A stretch of DNA of 40,710 nucleotides, taken from UHGV virus genome UHGV-0209859. One strand, given 5' to 3'. Below are positions 1 through 9,461 of the stretch, piece by piece; positions within the stretch are counted from its first letter, which is position 1; every line of letters begins with the position of its first letter. Source of the DNA: a virus. A program made the translations under genes and the position numbers. The notes under the pieces were generated by a model. The model was not told the origin of the DNA. It saw nothing but the letters and a program-made list of their open reading frames with translations, and searched no databases.

Positions 1-81
1 ATACCCGGCTCCTCCGATTTCATTCTCCAGCCGTTCAAGTTCCTGACGGATTTCGGGGGAGATTCCTACACGAGTATCCAT
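1..81 (-). CDS. Head fibre/decoration protein, 5' part (continues across the circular junction into 40710..40564)
   Basis: GGAGG RBS at 90-94, ATG at 81; 27 codons MDTRVGISPEIRQELERLENEIGGAGY join in frame to ELPAATPNALGGVKQ at 40710; directly downstream of the major capsid gene. Confidence 0.85.
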   Translation of the reverse strand, partial: MDTRVGISPEIRQELERLENEIGGAGY

Positions 82-96
82 CTTCGCTTCCTCCTA

Positions 97-1044
97 TCAG
101 GTCAGGCCGGTGATGGAGCCGTGCAGGAACGCAGGGCCGTGGTCCAAGCCGAACTGGCCGAAGATCTGGCCTTTCTCGCTGGCGCCCGTCTTGGCAAGCT
201 CCTCATAGAAGAAATTGCCCTTACCTGGCACAGGCTGGAACACCGGACGAACGGCGCTCATCTCTACGGCGAGCACCGCAGTCTGCGGCATGAAACGGTT
301 CAGAGCAATGCCGATGTTGCCGAAGTCCGTCTCGATCTGCTTGATGTTTGTGCCTCCGATGTTGCGATCCGTCGGCGCATAGGAATAGATATCCGTGATG
401 AGCTGTTTCTGTGTGCTGCCAGTCCACAGAACCATGTTGCTGAAGATGGCGCCAGCATCATACATCGCCTTGAAAAGCTGCTGCATCAGCGCCTTGGTAA
501 GAGCTTTGCTTCCAGCTGCGACGCTTGTGCCGCCTTCGCCGGCGCACAGTGCCAGAAGGCCGCGCGTCTTGTTGGCCACGTTCGCGGCGGTAGCCTTAGC
601 ATATACGCCGTTGATGATGGTGTACTCCACGTCGCGGGCGATTTTCTGCAGCGCCTTTGCGATCTGGAAGTCTTTCTCGTCAGGCACATTGTTTTCCTGC
701 CCGGCGGTGTTCAGGCCGCTCATGCGCCCGACGTTGGACATCTTCACGTAGCTGATATCCACGGATTCGTGGAAAATCTGCGTCACGTTGGTATTCTGGC
801 TGCGCACGATGCCGACGGGAGCGGGTGCGGTCAGAGACGCTGTCTCCGTGATCGCAGGCTGTGCCGCTTCGGGGAAATTGTACTGGCTGTCAGTCGGGAA
901 CTCAAAGTCCTCCGTCTGCATGCCGCCTTCGGTCAGGCCGCCGATAGCTGCCAGGATGGGGGTGTTCACCGCATCGGCTGTGAACAACTCGCCCGCATAG
1001 TTGGGCAGGTTCCAAACGGTGCCTGTAGTTGCAATGTTTGCCAT
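97..1044 (-). CDS. Major capsid protein (DUF5309/SU10-like)
   Basis: 315 aa; NLPNYAGELF N-terminus, NVTQIF motif, GQFGLDHGP C-terminus; follows the scaffold gene. Confidence 0.85.
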   Translation of the reverse strand: MANIATTGTVWNLPNYAGELFTADAVNTPILAAIGGLTEGGMQTEDFEFPTDSQYNFPEAAQPAITETASLTAPAPVGIVRSQNTNVTQIFHESVDISYVKMSNVGRMSGLNTAGQENNVPDEKDFQIAKALQKIARDVEYTIINGVYAKATAANVANKTRGLLALCAGEGGTSVAAGSKALTKALMQQLFKAMYDAGAIFSNMVLWTGSTQKQLITDIYSYAPTDRNIGGTNIKQIETDFGNIGIALNRFMPQTAVLAVEMSAVRPVFQPVPGKGNFFYEELAKTGASEKGQIFGQFGLDHGPAFLHGSITGLT

Positions 1045-1050
1045 AATCTT

Positions 1051-1674
1051 TTAGTCCTCCTTCGGAATGCTGAAAAGTTTGTTCTTCGCCGCCACCCGCT
1101 GGGCCAGCGGCACGTTCAGGTCAGCGGCCTGTTTCTCAAGCCGCTGGCGCTCGGTCTGCACCTGTGCGGCCACGGTCTTTGGTGCGGGCTGCTTCAGGCG
1201 CTCATTTACGGCGGCCTCCACCGCCTTTTTAAACACGGACGCCAGATTTTCAACCGTCCCCTTCACCGTTTCGGCCTTGGCGGTGCGGAAGTCGATGGTG
1301 TCCAGGAATTCCAGGGGAAGCCCGGCGGCGTTTGCCAGCTTGGATGCTTCGGCCTGCAGCTTGTAGGCGTTCAGCGCCTGCTCCGCTTCATCGGCCCGCC
1401 GGATGGCCTCATCATGCTCGTGCTGTACGCGCTCGGCTTCGGTCATGTTCGCCAGCCTGTCGGCCTCCTGCTGCTTCTGGAGGGCCTTGCCGACCTCTGC
1501 GGCGATCATTTTATTCACGTCCTCCCGGGTGAACGTGCGCTCCGGCTTTTTCTCCGGAGCGGCAGCAGGTGCAGCGGGCTGCTGTGCAACGCCGGTGCCC
1601 GCCGCAGGTTCCTGGGCCTGCGCGTCCTGAACCGTAGCAGCGGCCTGTTCCTGTGTGATGTTCTTTTCGTCCAT
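1051..1674 (-). CDS. Capsid scaffolding protein (DUF4355-like)
   Basis: 207 aa Ala/Glu-rich coiled coil with TFTREDV, MTEAER and VEAAVNERLK motifs; immediately upstream of the capsid gene. Confidence 0.85.
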   Translation of the reverse strand: MDEKNITQEQAAATVQDAQAQEPAAGTGVAQQPAAPAAAPEKKPERTFTREDVNKMIAAEVGKALQKQQEADRLANMTEAERVQHEHDEAIRRADEAEQALNAYKLQAEASKLANAAGLPLEFLDTIDFRTAKAETVKGTVENLASVFKKAVEAAVNERLKQPAPKTVAAQVQTERQRLEKQAADLNVPLAQRVAAKNKLFSIPKED

Positions 1675-1684
1675 GTTCTTCTCC

Positions 1685-1735
1685 TGCGTTTTACGCCCGC
1701 ACGGCTTATTTGCGTTTTACGCCCGCCGGCTTATT
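1685..1735 (-). repeat. Tandem 26/25-bp direct repeat in the scaffold 5' UTR
   Basis: TGCGTTTTACGCCCGC(A)CGGCTTATT at 1685-1710 and 1711-1735, abutting the scaffold RBS. Confidence 0.9.
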
Positions 1736-1752
1736 TTTGGGGGTGCATGTAT

Positions 1753-1785
1753 AACAAAAGGCCCGCCGCCGAAGCGTGGGCCTTG
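1753..1785 (-). terminator. Intrinsic terminator-like hairpin upstream of the scaffold leader
   Basis: Minus strand AAGGCCCACGC-TTCG-GCGGCGGGCCTT followed by TTGTT. Confidence 0.55.
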
Positions 1786-1810
1786 TGCTATTGAATTTGA
1801 GGAAATTCTT

Positions 1811-2014
1811 TCATTTGTTGTCCAGATTTACAGACGCATAACGGCATGCGCCATCGCGCCAGGCCCCGCACTCTTCCCCTGCGCATGGCAGCGGGATAAA
1901 GTCTACCCGTATCTCATAGGCGTAGCTGCTGATATTTCCACTTTCGTCCAGCTCATTTTTCTGCTTGTAGCGCTGCACTTCGCGCGCCCGGTTATATGGG
2001 CACATTTTCGGCAT
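1811..2014 (-). CDS. Small Cys-containing hypothetical protein
   Basis: GGAGAGG RBS, ATG at 2014; 67 aa with MCPY and CxxxxCGAWxxxxC motifs. Confidence 0.7.
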   Translation of the reverse strand: MPKMCPYNRAREVQRYKQKNELDESGNISSYAYEIRVDFIPLPCAGEECGAWRDGACRYASVNLDNK

Positions 2015-2046
2015 AATGTCCTCTCCTTTCCCGAAAAATGGGCATG

Positions 2047-2076
2047 AAAAAACCACCGCCTCGTGGGTGGTGGTTT
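2047..2076 (-). terminator. Intrinsic terminator
   Basis: Minus strand AAACCACCACC-CACGA-GGCGGTGGTTT followed by further T residues. Confidence 0.6.
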
Positions 2077-2275
2077 AGTCCTTATATTTTTCGCAAATCT
2101 CAATAAATCGGCGCTTCTCTTCCGCCCGAAGTGCACGACGCTCCGGAGTATCAATAACGCCGCGGCTGGGAAGTTTATGCGTTTTTTTGTACGCAGCTAT
2201 AATTTCATCATCTCTGCGGGTCATTTCTTTCCCCAGCGCAAGAAGCTCCGCCTTTTTCTCTTCGGCTTTACTCAT
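2075..2275 (-). CDS. Small charged protein coupled to MuF (candidate immunity protein)
   Basis: ATG overlaps the MuF stop (ATGA); GAGGTGG RBS; 66 aa MSKAEEKKAELL... Confidence 0.7.
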   Translation of the reverse strand: MSKAEEKKAELLALGKEMTRRDDEIIAAYKKTHKLPSRGVIDTPERRALRAEEKRRFIEICEKYKD

Positions 2276-3780
2276 CTTTCCCACCTCGTATAGCAGACGA
2301 TTCCCAAGATTCTGCAGGTTTCCTCCATCAAACAATGCTGACGCAAATCTTCATAATCGGAATAGTCGGGCTTGCATCGGATTTCTAGAATATCCTGTAG
2401 TCTTTCTCCAGCTTCCGCCCTCGCCTTATCCCACATTTCCCATGTAATGCCCTCCGGGCGCTCAAACCGATAACGGTATTTAAAGTCCACGGCCTCCATC
2501 ACGGCAGAATCATCCTCAAAAAAGTTTGGCATATCTATATCCGTACTAAACGAAAACTGCGTGCTGTCCGGCGGATGGGTGTGGATATTCCAGCTCCCTT
2601 TCATTTTATCACCCAAATAAGAACAGTCAACGCCCTTCGGATTGTTGTCCGTGATGAAGTGAATTTCGCCTTCTTTGGTTATAACAAGCATGTTTTCTAC
2701 AGGAGATTTTGCATATTGCTTGCAGAACGCTTTTATCAGTTTTTCCACCAAAGCGTGATTGTTTGGGTCGATATGCCCTTTCATCTCATGTACAATAGCT
2801 CCCGGTTGCCCGTTATCCCCACCAGCGCCGCGGCGGCTCTCCACCTCAACCGCCTGAATCACGCTGCGGCATGGGTGCGGCGGCGGATACACGGGCGGAG
2901 CGTTGACGCCCAGCTTCAGCTCCTCCATCCGGAACACCTTGCCGTGCAGCGCCCGGCATTCGCTCGTTGTGCGGTCGTCGATGGTCGCTATGAACCGGTA
3001 CGCTTTCACGCCCGCATCGATGAACGCCTGCACCACCGTGTGCCCCACGATGAAGCCCATCACCATATCGTAGTAGCCCGCAAATCTGCCCTCCGGCGTT
3101 TTTTGTACCTCGCGGAGCTGCCATGCCCGTTGCCGCCTCAAAATAGCCTGCATCGGTTCGCTGTCCATGGAAAGCCCTTTCCCCTGGGATGAATCGACAA
3201 CGGCCTGCTTGGTGATTTCTCTTGCCCGGTACGCCGCATCTGCTGCCAGTGCCTGCTCATACGTCAGGCCCGTGGGCAATGGATTGTTTGAAAGCGTATC
3301 CCGCACAAATTTGGCCCCGGGAGTATTTTTTGCTCCGAGGCGTGTAACTTCGTTCCCCTCGGCAAAAGCGCGCTTGTATACGATTTTGGTGGCACTCTGC
3401 AGGGCGTCGCGGTCTGTCTCTGAAATTCTGGCGTAGCTGTCAGAAATGGCGTGCATCAGGTACAGCAGCATTGCCTCGTCGCAGCGCATCCTTGTTCGGC
3501 GCTGGGCGTCCTGCATCAGCAGCCGCAGCTCGCCGGTGCTCTCTCCCTGCTTTTTCCAGCGGGTGATATCCCGGTGCAGCCGTTCCACCTGCGCCTTGGG
3601 CAGAAGCCCCATCATGGACAGACCGGAAAAACGGTTGAGAATGTCCTGTGCTTCATCCTGTATCGCGCGGCTTTCCCGCAGGACCGCCCTGTATACGGGC
3701 CTGTTCTCCGCATCGATGGGCCGCCAGAAGGCCAGCTCGTCAAAGCTATATGTATTATCGTTACGGCCTTGCTGTGCCAT
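2272..3780 (-). CDS. Minor capsid/head morphogenesis protein (MuF, SPP1 gp7 family) with C-terminal JAB/MPN-like extension
   Basis: MuF motifs ATIDDRTTSECRALHG and PPPHPCRS; C-terminal domain with HTHP-x6-SFS-x2-ID; lies after the portal gene. Confidence 0.8.
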   Translation of the reverse strand: MAQQGRNDNTYSFDELAFWRPIDAENRPVYRAVLRESRAIQDEAQDILNRFSGLSMMGLLPKAQVERLHRDITRWKKQGESTGELRLLMQDAQRRTRMRCDEAMLLYLMHAISDSYARISETDRDALQSATKIVYKRAFAEGNEVTRLGAKNTPGAKFVRDTLSNNPLPTGLTYEQALAADAAYRAREITKQAVVDSSQGKGLSMDSEPMQAILRRQRAWQLREVQKTPEGRFAGYYDMVMGFIVGHTVVQAFIDAGVKAYRFIATIDDRTTSECRALHGKVFRMEELKLGVNAPPVYPPPHPCRSVIQAVEVESRRGAGGDNGQPGAIVHEMKGHIDPNNHALVEKLIKAFCKQYAKSPVENMLVITKEGEIHFITDNNPKGVDCSYLGDKMKGSWNIHTHPPDSTQFSFSTDIDMPNFFEDDSAVMEAVDFKYRYRFERPEGITWEMWDKARAEAGERLQDILEIRCKPDYSDYEDLRQHCLMEETCRILGIVCYTRWER

Positions 3781-5236
3781 TCAAATCCCCGTCCTCGCCT
3801 GTTTTGTCATCATCCTGTCCGGGTGTATCGTCTTCGTTTCCAAGTTCCTTTGCCCGCTCCACGGCAAGCTCATAGTTCGCCGCTGCTTCGGCGTCACGCT
3901 TGGCGATCTCCTCCGCAGGGTCCACCTCCACCTGGCTCTCGCTGATGCATGTCTCGTCGCTGAACAGGCCGCTGGTTTTCATTGTAGCCGCCCGGTTGAT
4001 GGATTTATCCTTGTCGGTCGGAATATTCCGCTGCATCACAACGTCAATGTCGCGGAAATCAAATTTCCGTCCTTTCTTGGCAAGACGGCCGCAGATCAGC
4101 TCCCACAAGGCCAGATACCCCTTTCGGAAGATTCGGTCCATGCTGGCCGTGTATTGGTCCAGAGCATACAGCTTATATCCCAGCGCGCTTGCGTTGTCCG
4201 CATTGGCGAACGCCTCATCCGTCATATTGGGCACACCTGTCAGCATCGTGATCTCATCGTGCAGGCTTTTCAGTACATCCAGCAAGCCGGAATAGTTGAC
4301 GTCCTTCAGCAGCCAGTGGATATCTCCATCATCGTCCACCGAGATGGTGCGGGCGTTCAGAATGGCCCGTTCCTCCACAAGGCGGGCCGGGTTGGGAACC
4401 ATTTCTCCCTGCTCATTCAGGATGGTGGCTTGATTCTCATAGTTGTAGCCTCTCAGCAGCAGCTTCGCCTCATCGTTTTCCTGTGTCATGCTGCGGATAT
4501 TCTTGCGGATCTGCTCAAAATCCTTGATATCGCTCAGGCCAGGCTCAAAAATGGCGATGTTGTCCGGGTTTTCGAACGCCACGGCCGGGATGCCGTCCCA
4601 TAAAGTGGAGCCATTGTCTCTGGCTTCCTCCTTGTAACCGTCCGAAGAAGAACGGAACGTGCGCGTACCTGATTGCGCCAAAAGCTCGATTACGGACTGA
4701 GGATTCCCTTCGTTGTCCTCTTCCGCCCACATGCGCACAAGCCCGACCAGATTTGCAGGCGTCGAGTAGTCCCATATGCCCACCGTCTGCTTTGAATCGA
4801 AACGGGTATACACGATTTCGTTGTCGCTATTTTCGTACACATACAAATAGGCGCCGCTCATGATGACATAATCCCGCACAAGCTCCATGTATGTGGCCCC
4901 GTCGTCGTTGTAGCGGCGAATATGGTCAATGGTGGATTTGAACTCACGGATATACACTTCATCGTGCGCTCCGTCCTCTCCGCAATTACGGCAGCGCACG
5001 TTGTACTGCGGCGCTTTCCCGCTCAGGTATCCGGTCACCATGTTGGCGATGTAGTATTCAAAAGGCACCGTTTTCTTTTGGCCGTCGTCTCCGATGATCT
5101 CATACAGTCCGTTTTTGCGGGAATACCGCTTGTACATCTCGCGGCGGTACTCCAGAATAGGCGCGATCCTGTCCACCAGGTTTTGGATAGTCTCAGCGCT
5201 ATAAGCCTCCAGGGTTTTCTGGTTCATTTGCAGCAT
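3761..5236 (-). CDS. Portal protein (SPP1 gp6-like)
   Basis: 491 aa; GYLSGKAP, IPAV and NASALALGY-like (NASALGYKL) motifs, acidic tail; between terminase and MuF. Confidence 0.85.
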   Translation of the reverse strand: MLQMNQKTLEAYSAETIQNLVDRIAPILEYRREMYKRYSRKNGLYEIIGDDGQKKTVPFEYYIANMVTGYLSGKAPQYNVRCRNCGEDGAHDEVYIREFKSTIDHIRRYNDDGATYMELVRDYVIMSGAYLYVYENSDNEIVYTRFDSKQTVGIWDYSTPANLVGLVRMWAEEDNEGNPQSVIELLAQSGTRTFRSSSDGYKEEARDNGSTLWDGIPAVAFENPDNIAIFEPGLSDIKDFEQIRKNIRSMTQENDEAKLLLRGYNYENQATILNEQGEMVPNPARLVEERAILNARTISVDDDGDIHWLLKDVNYSGLLDVLKSLHDEITMLTGVPNMTDEAFANADNASALGYKLYALDQYTASMDRIFRKGYLALWELICGRLAKKGRKFDFRDIDVVMQRNIPTDKDKSINRAATMKTSGLFSDETCISESQVEVDPAEEIAKRDAEAAANYELAVERAKELGNEDDTPGQDDDKTGEDGDLNGTARP

Positions 5237-5251
5237 GTATCTTTCCTCCCG

Positions 5252-6670
5252 CTACACAATGCGGCCGGAAGAAAACCCCCAGCCGCTTGGTTTATTGAAT
5301 TGCTCCGCGACGCCTGTGGCCGCGTCCTGTGCGTCGTCGTGGGCGTTTTTGCCCTCTTTCTGGTATCTGTACATGGATTTGTAAAATTCCGGCCAGCGGT
5401 CTTTCCAGTTGGCTGGAAAATACATGTGATCGCACACCCAGGTAGCATGCGTCAGAATGCGTGCGGTCTTGTTCTCACCCTGATGGAACCATTCGATCCG
5501 GCAGCGGTTTGAACGATATTTCTCCCGCAGAATACGCTCCACGTTGCGGGCAAACCCACGGCCGCCGTTGTTGCTCTCGATGCGTGCGACCTGGCATCCT
5601 GTTTCCGCAAGCCTGCGCGCGGTCTCTTCTTCGGTTACTTCCATCCCGGCCTTGGTAAAGTACACATCCAGAACAAGCGCCTCGTTGTTGTAGTCCGCAT
5701 ATGTGATGCTGCACAGATAATCCTCGCCCTGGTCGGCGGTGTCGGTGTAGTTGCGTATCTGCAGCGGGATAGGCTTACCATCCGGCTTGCAGGGAAGTGT
5801 GGCGTATGTTTTGAAAGACTGGTATAGCCTGCCCTGCAGGTCAATGGGAATCTGCTGATAGTTTGCAGACGCGATTTCTGGGCTCATGGGCCGCACTTTC
5901 ATCTCATAGCTTTCACGGCTCAGTATTTCCGGGCACAGCATAGTGCCGTCGTCCTGCAGTGCTTTTTCAACCAGCATCCGGACTTTTTCGCCAGCCCCTG
6001 TAAAATGCTCCATCGCACGCCCTGCCAAGTCTCCGCTGGCCCACCGCGTCATGATGATGAGGATTTTCCCGCCCTCCTCCAAACGGGAGAGCATCGTGTC
6101 GGTGAACCACTTCCAATGAGCCTCCAGAACGTTCTCGTTGAATGCCTCTTCCGCCAGTTTGATAAGGTCGTCGATGATGAGCCACGTCGCACCGAATCCC
6201 GTTGCCGTCCCCTTCGGGCTTGTGGCAAGGTAGCTCGAATGATTCCCCTCCAGTGCCCAGCGGTTCGTAGCGCCGTCGCCGTATTTGATGCGAGTTTCCG
6301 GAAAGATATCGCTGTAAACTATAACGTCAGGGTCTGCCTTCTGCTCGCTGATGCCGTTGCGCACGCCCTTGGAGAACGTAGAGGAAAGGTTTTCGTTGTA
6401 GCTGCCGGTCATTACTTTCACGGTATTATCGCGGCCGAACAGCCATTCCGTGAACAGTCCGGCGGTACGGCTTTTTCCGTGCCTCGGTGGCTCGCATACA
6501 ATCATCACTTTTTCATTGCTCTCCGAAAAGGCTTGCAGCTCATTGCACAGGCGCACCAGATGCGGGCGGTCTGGCTTATAGAAGTCTCCGGCACGCAGTC
6601 GGCAGTAATCCCAAAAGCAGCGCCGTGCCAGTTCGATGCGCGCATGCATTGCAATTTCCTGTCTATTCAT
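5252..6670 (-). CDS. Terminase large subunit
   Basis: Walker A PPRHGKS, Walker B LIIDD, MTRW coupling motif, nuclease motifs YTDTAD, IESNNGG and HDDAQD. Confidence 0.93.
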   Translation of the reverse strand: MNRQEIAMHARIELARRCFWDYCRLRAGDFYKPDRPHLVRLCNELQAFSESNEKVMIVCEPPRHGKSRTAGLFTEWLFGRDNTVKVMTGSYNENLSSTFSKGVRNGISEQKADPDVIVYSDIFPETRIKYGDGATNRWALEGNHSSYLATSPKGTATGFGATWLIIDDLIKLAEEAFNENVLEAHWKWFTDTMLSRLEEGGKILIIMTRWASGDLAGRAMEHFTGAGEKVRMLVEKALQDDGTMLCPEILSRESYEMKVRPMSPEIASANYQQIPIDLQGRLYQSFKTYATLPCKPDGKPIPLQIRNYTDTADQGEDYLCSITYADYNNEALVLDVYFTKAGMEVTEEETARRLAETGCQVARIESNNGGRGFARNVERILREKYRSNRCRIEWFHQGENKTARILTHATWVCDHMYFPANWKDRWPEFYKSMYRYQKEGKNAHDDAQDAATGVAEQFNKPSGWGFSSGRIV

Positions 6671-7073
6671 CCCCCGCAAGCCTCCGAAGCTCCTCCGTTG
6701 TCAACTCTGCAAATGGATTTTTTACTTTCAACTCGACGCTGTGCTCCCCTTTATCAACAAAACCGCCTGCGGCCCGGGCGCGAAGCTCGGATGCTTTTAG
6801 GCGGTCCTTAATATCATATTTAGAATTGCGCATCGTATCGCTCCAGAAGCTGTTAATCTCTGCCATGTCTGCAATACGCGATTGCTCCAGCTCACGATTT
6901 CTAGCGCTGATTTTTTCCTGAACGCCACTAATTGCCACTAATTTTGACGCATTTCCCCGGGCATACCGCTCGGAATAACCGGCGGCAATAACGGCCTGCT
7001 CCTTGTTTCCACCATTTTCGATGTAGGCATCTGCGATGGCCTGTTGCACAGCAGGATCTCGGATACATGGCAT
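6663..7073 (-). CDS. Terminase small subunit
   Basis: N-terminal HTH QAVIAAGYSERYA and DRLKASEL motif; overlaps the large subunit start. Confidence 0.88.
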   Translation of the reverse strand: MPCIRDPAVQQAIADAYIENGGNKEQAVIAAGYSERYARGNASKLVAISGVQEKISARNRELEQSRIADMAEINSFWSDTMRNSKYDIKDRLKASELRARAAGGFVDKGEHSVELKVKNPFAELTTEELRRLAGDE

Positions 7074-7091
7074 TATTGCCGCCCCTTTCTT

Positions 7092-7458
7092 CTATCTTTT
7101 CAGCCTTTCAAGTGCCGTTTCAAAATGAGCTTTATCAATCTCAAATCCTACAAAATCACGGTCAGAATTGCGGCATGCGATAGCTGTTGTACCACTTCCG
7201 ATGCAACAGTCTAGTACAAGCTGCTTCGGATTTGTATAAGTCCGCACCAGATATTCAAACAATGCTACCGGTTTTTGCGTTGGATGAAGTCCTTCACGTT
7301 GGCACGAAAACGTGAGAATCTGCCGGGGCCAATTGGTGTATTTTGTTTCGTATTCTTTATTTAAAGTCTTCTGGTCGTACACACAATCGTCTTTTACTGC
7401 GCGTGGTTTTGTATGAATCGTTTTTTCTGTCGCAACTAATCCTTGCGGATTATATGTA
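7092..7458 (-). pseudogene. N4/N6 DNA methyltransferase, 3' fragment (IS-interrupted)
   Basis: HPTQKPVAL and VLDCCIGSGTT SAM-binding motif; rejoins the 5' fragment in frame when the IS and one TATGTA copy are removed. Confidence 0.88.
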
Positions 7459-8987
7459 ATGTCCACTGAACAAAAAAAAGGCCACGTGATATCAAGAAAT
7501 AGCGCCGTTTCTGCGGTATAATAAGTGCAAGGAAAAACGGGAAAACACGCGAAAAACCTTGCACTTGGAGGCGGCCATGTATCGATACAGTAACGGTCAG
7601 ATCAGCCTTTCTGACTTCAATCAACCGGCAGGCATGAATCTGAAAGAAAGCAATCGCTGGGTCAAAAAGGCACAGACAATACCCTGGCTGGATATTGAGA
7701 AACGCTATGCCAAGCTGTTCACCAATCGCAAGGGCAATGTGGCAAAGCCACTACGCTTAGCCTTAGGAGCCTGCATCATTCAGGCGGAGTACGGTTTTTC
7801 CGACGAAGAAACGGCTCTGCAGATTCAGGAGAATCCGTATTTTCAATACTTCTGCGGCAATCCCGGCTACGACGACAGCAAGCAGCCCTTTGACCCATCT
7901 CTTATGGTGTACTTCCGTAAGCGCCTGACGCCGGAAGTGCTGGGAGAAATCAACGAGATGATACTCAAAACTGTAACCACATCAGAGAACAACGACGACC
8001 ATAACACTCCCACAGGCGGTGGTAACAGCGGCACTCTGATTGTGGATGCAACCTGCGCGCCGTCTGATATCCGATTTCCGCAGGATGTGTCGCTTTTGAA
8101 CGAGGCGCGTGAAAATGCAGAGCAGATCATTGATACGCTGCAGGAGCAGAGCGTGGAAGAGAAACCCAGAACCTATCGCAACAAGGCCCACAAGGACAGC
8201 CTCAAGTATATGCGCAGCCGCAAGCACAACGTGAAGAAGACGCGCGAAGCAATCCGTAAGCAACTCCAGTATCTCCGCAGAGACCTTTCCATCGTCGATT
8301 CTATGCTGCAATCCGGCCTGAAGCTATCCCAAAAGCAGCAGCTTCGGCTTGAAACACTGCGAAAAATTTACGAACAGCAGAAGTACATGTATGACAACCA
8401 TACACATTCCGTTCCTGACAGGATTGTCAGTGTAAGTCAGCCGTTCATCCGACCAATCGTACGCGGAAAAGCCGGAAAGCCGGTGGAGTTCGGGGCAAAA
8501 CTAGATATCAGTGTATCCAATGGATGGGCAAGGTTGGAGTACTGGTCATTTGATGCCTACAACGAAGCCACAAAGCTGGTTGAAACCATAGAGCGTTACA
8601 GAGCCCGTGAGGGACATTATCCGGAGCGCGTGCTGGCGGACAAGATTTACCGAAACCGCGAAAACCTCAGCTACTGCAAACTGCACGGAATCCGGCTCAG
8701 CGGTCCGGCATTGGGAAGACCGAGAAGGGACGAGCAGCGCGACAGGCGGCAGACCCATTTCGACCAGAATGAACGGATAGAGGTTGAACGACAATTCAGC
8801 TTTGCAAAACGCAAATGCAACCTTGGAAAAGTGAAAACGAAACTGGCGGAGACCGTAGGTTTTACGCTTGCCATGTCGATTGTAGTGTTGAATCTGCGTA
8901 AAATCCAGCATACCCTTTCGCGCCTGTTTGGGCGGATTTTGCACTTTTTATTGCCGCAGCAAAAATTGGTATTTGTTCAGTAGACAC
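7459..8987 (+). mobile_element. IS5-family insertion sequence (~1529 bp)
   Basis: Imperfect terminal inverted repeats ATGTCCACTGAACAAA / TTTGTTCAGTAGACAC; direct repeat TATGTA at 7453-7458 and 8988-8993; single transposase. Confidence 0.9.
7577..8983 (+). CDS. IS5-family DDE transposase
   Basis: Motifs ENPYFQYFCG, LIVDAT, GKAGKPVEFGAK, VLADKIY, ERIEVE; GGAGG RBS before ATG 7577; stop codon lies in the right inverted repeat. Confidence 0.92.
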   Translation: MYRYSNGQISLSDFNQPAGMNLKESNRWVKKAQTIPWLDIEKRYAKLFTNRKGNVAKPLRLALGACIIQAEYGFSDEETALQIQENPYFQYFCGNPGYDDSKQPFDPSLMVYFRKRLTPEVLGEINEMILKTVTTSENNDDHNTPTGGGNSGTLIVDATCAPSDIRFPQDVSLLNEARENAEQIIDTLQEQSVEEKPRTYRNKAHKDSLKYMRSRKHNVKKTREAIRKQLQYLRRDLSIVDSMLQSGLKLSQKQQLRLETLRKIYEQQKYMYDNHTHSVPDRIVSVSQPFIRPIVRGKAGKPVEFGAKLDISVSNGWARLEYWSFDAYNEATKLVETIERYRAREGHYPERVLADKIYRNRENLSYCKLHGIRLSGPALGRPRRDEQRDRRQTHFDQNERIEVERQFSFAKRKCNLGKVKTKLAETVGFTLAMSIVVLNLRKIQHTLSRLFGRILHFLLPQQKLVFVQ

Positions 8988-9349
8988 TATGTAGGTTTTT
9001 TGCGGTAGAAAACCACAATATCCTCTACGCAGCGCAGTGGTTGAAACTTGGCGAAAGGAAACCCTGTCACCATATTTTTCACCCAATACCAACAGTATCG
9101 AAAATTCTTCTGATTACTGCCAATCAACTTTGTAGTGAACGGCTGCGATGCAGTGAACACCATTGCTCCGTCTGGCTTTGTAACACGCTCAAGTTGCTTC
9201 CAGAGAAGTTCAAACGGAATAATGCTGTCCCATCTACAGTCCGTCATACCATATGGCAGGTCTGTTAGTACCATGTCTACACATCCGTCTGGAAGCAGCG
9301 TCATCCCAGCAATGCAATCCATATTGAAGATTTGATTTTTATAATTCAC
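8988..9349 (-). pseudogene. N4/N6 DNA methyltransferase (beta class), 5' fragment
   Basis: AAGGAG RBS, GTG at 9349; VDMVLTDLPYG (DPPY-type) catalytic motif; ends at the IS after FYRKKPT. Confidence 0.88.
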
Positions 9350-9382
9350 TTTGCGCTCCTTTCGCAAAGCGACCGTGACCAT

Positions 9383-9411
9383 AACAAAAGGGCCGCCCAA
9401 AGGCAGCCCTT
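9383..9411 (-). terminator. Terminator-like hairpin in the putative late leader
   Basis: Minus strand AAGGGCTGCC-TTTG-GGCGGCCCTT followed by TTGTT. Confidence 0.5.
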
Positions 9412-9461
9412 GCGAAATTCCTACGAACAGCTCGGCTTTCGTCTCGCTTTTCGACGGTTTA

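Noticed and set aside
121..1794. Long plus-strand ORFs antisense to structural genes (also 3446-4603, 32962-34224, 34221-35642, 37152-38423)
   Set aside because: Shadow ORFs of GC-rich minus-strand genes, with no RBS or recognisable motifs
7092..7466. Independent 124-aa methyltransferase ORF starting inside the IS end
   Set aside because: The start codon comes from the IS inverted repeat and the fragment lacks the catalytic DPPY-type motif
7523..7567. Inverted repeat AAGTGCAAGG / CCTTGCACTT before the transposase RBS
   Set aside because: Leader hairpins are an ordinary feature of IS elements and this is not phage biology
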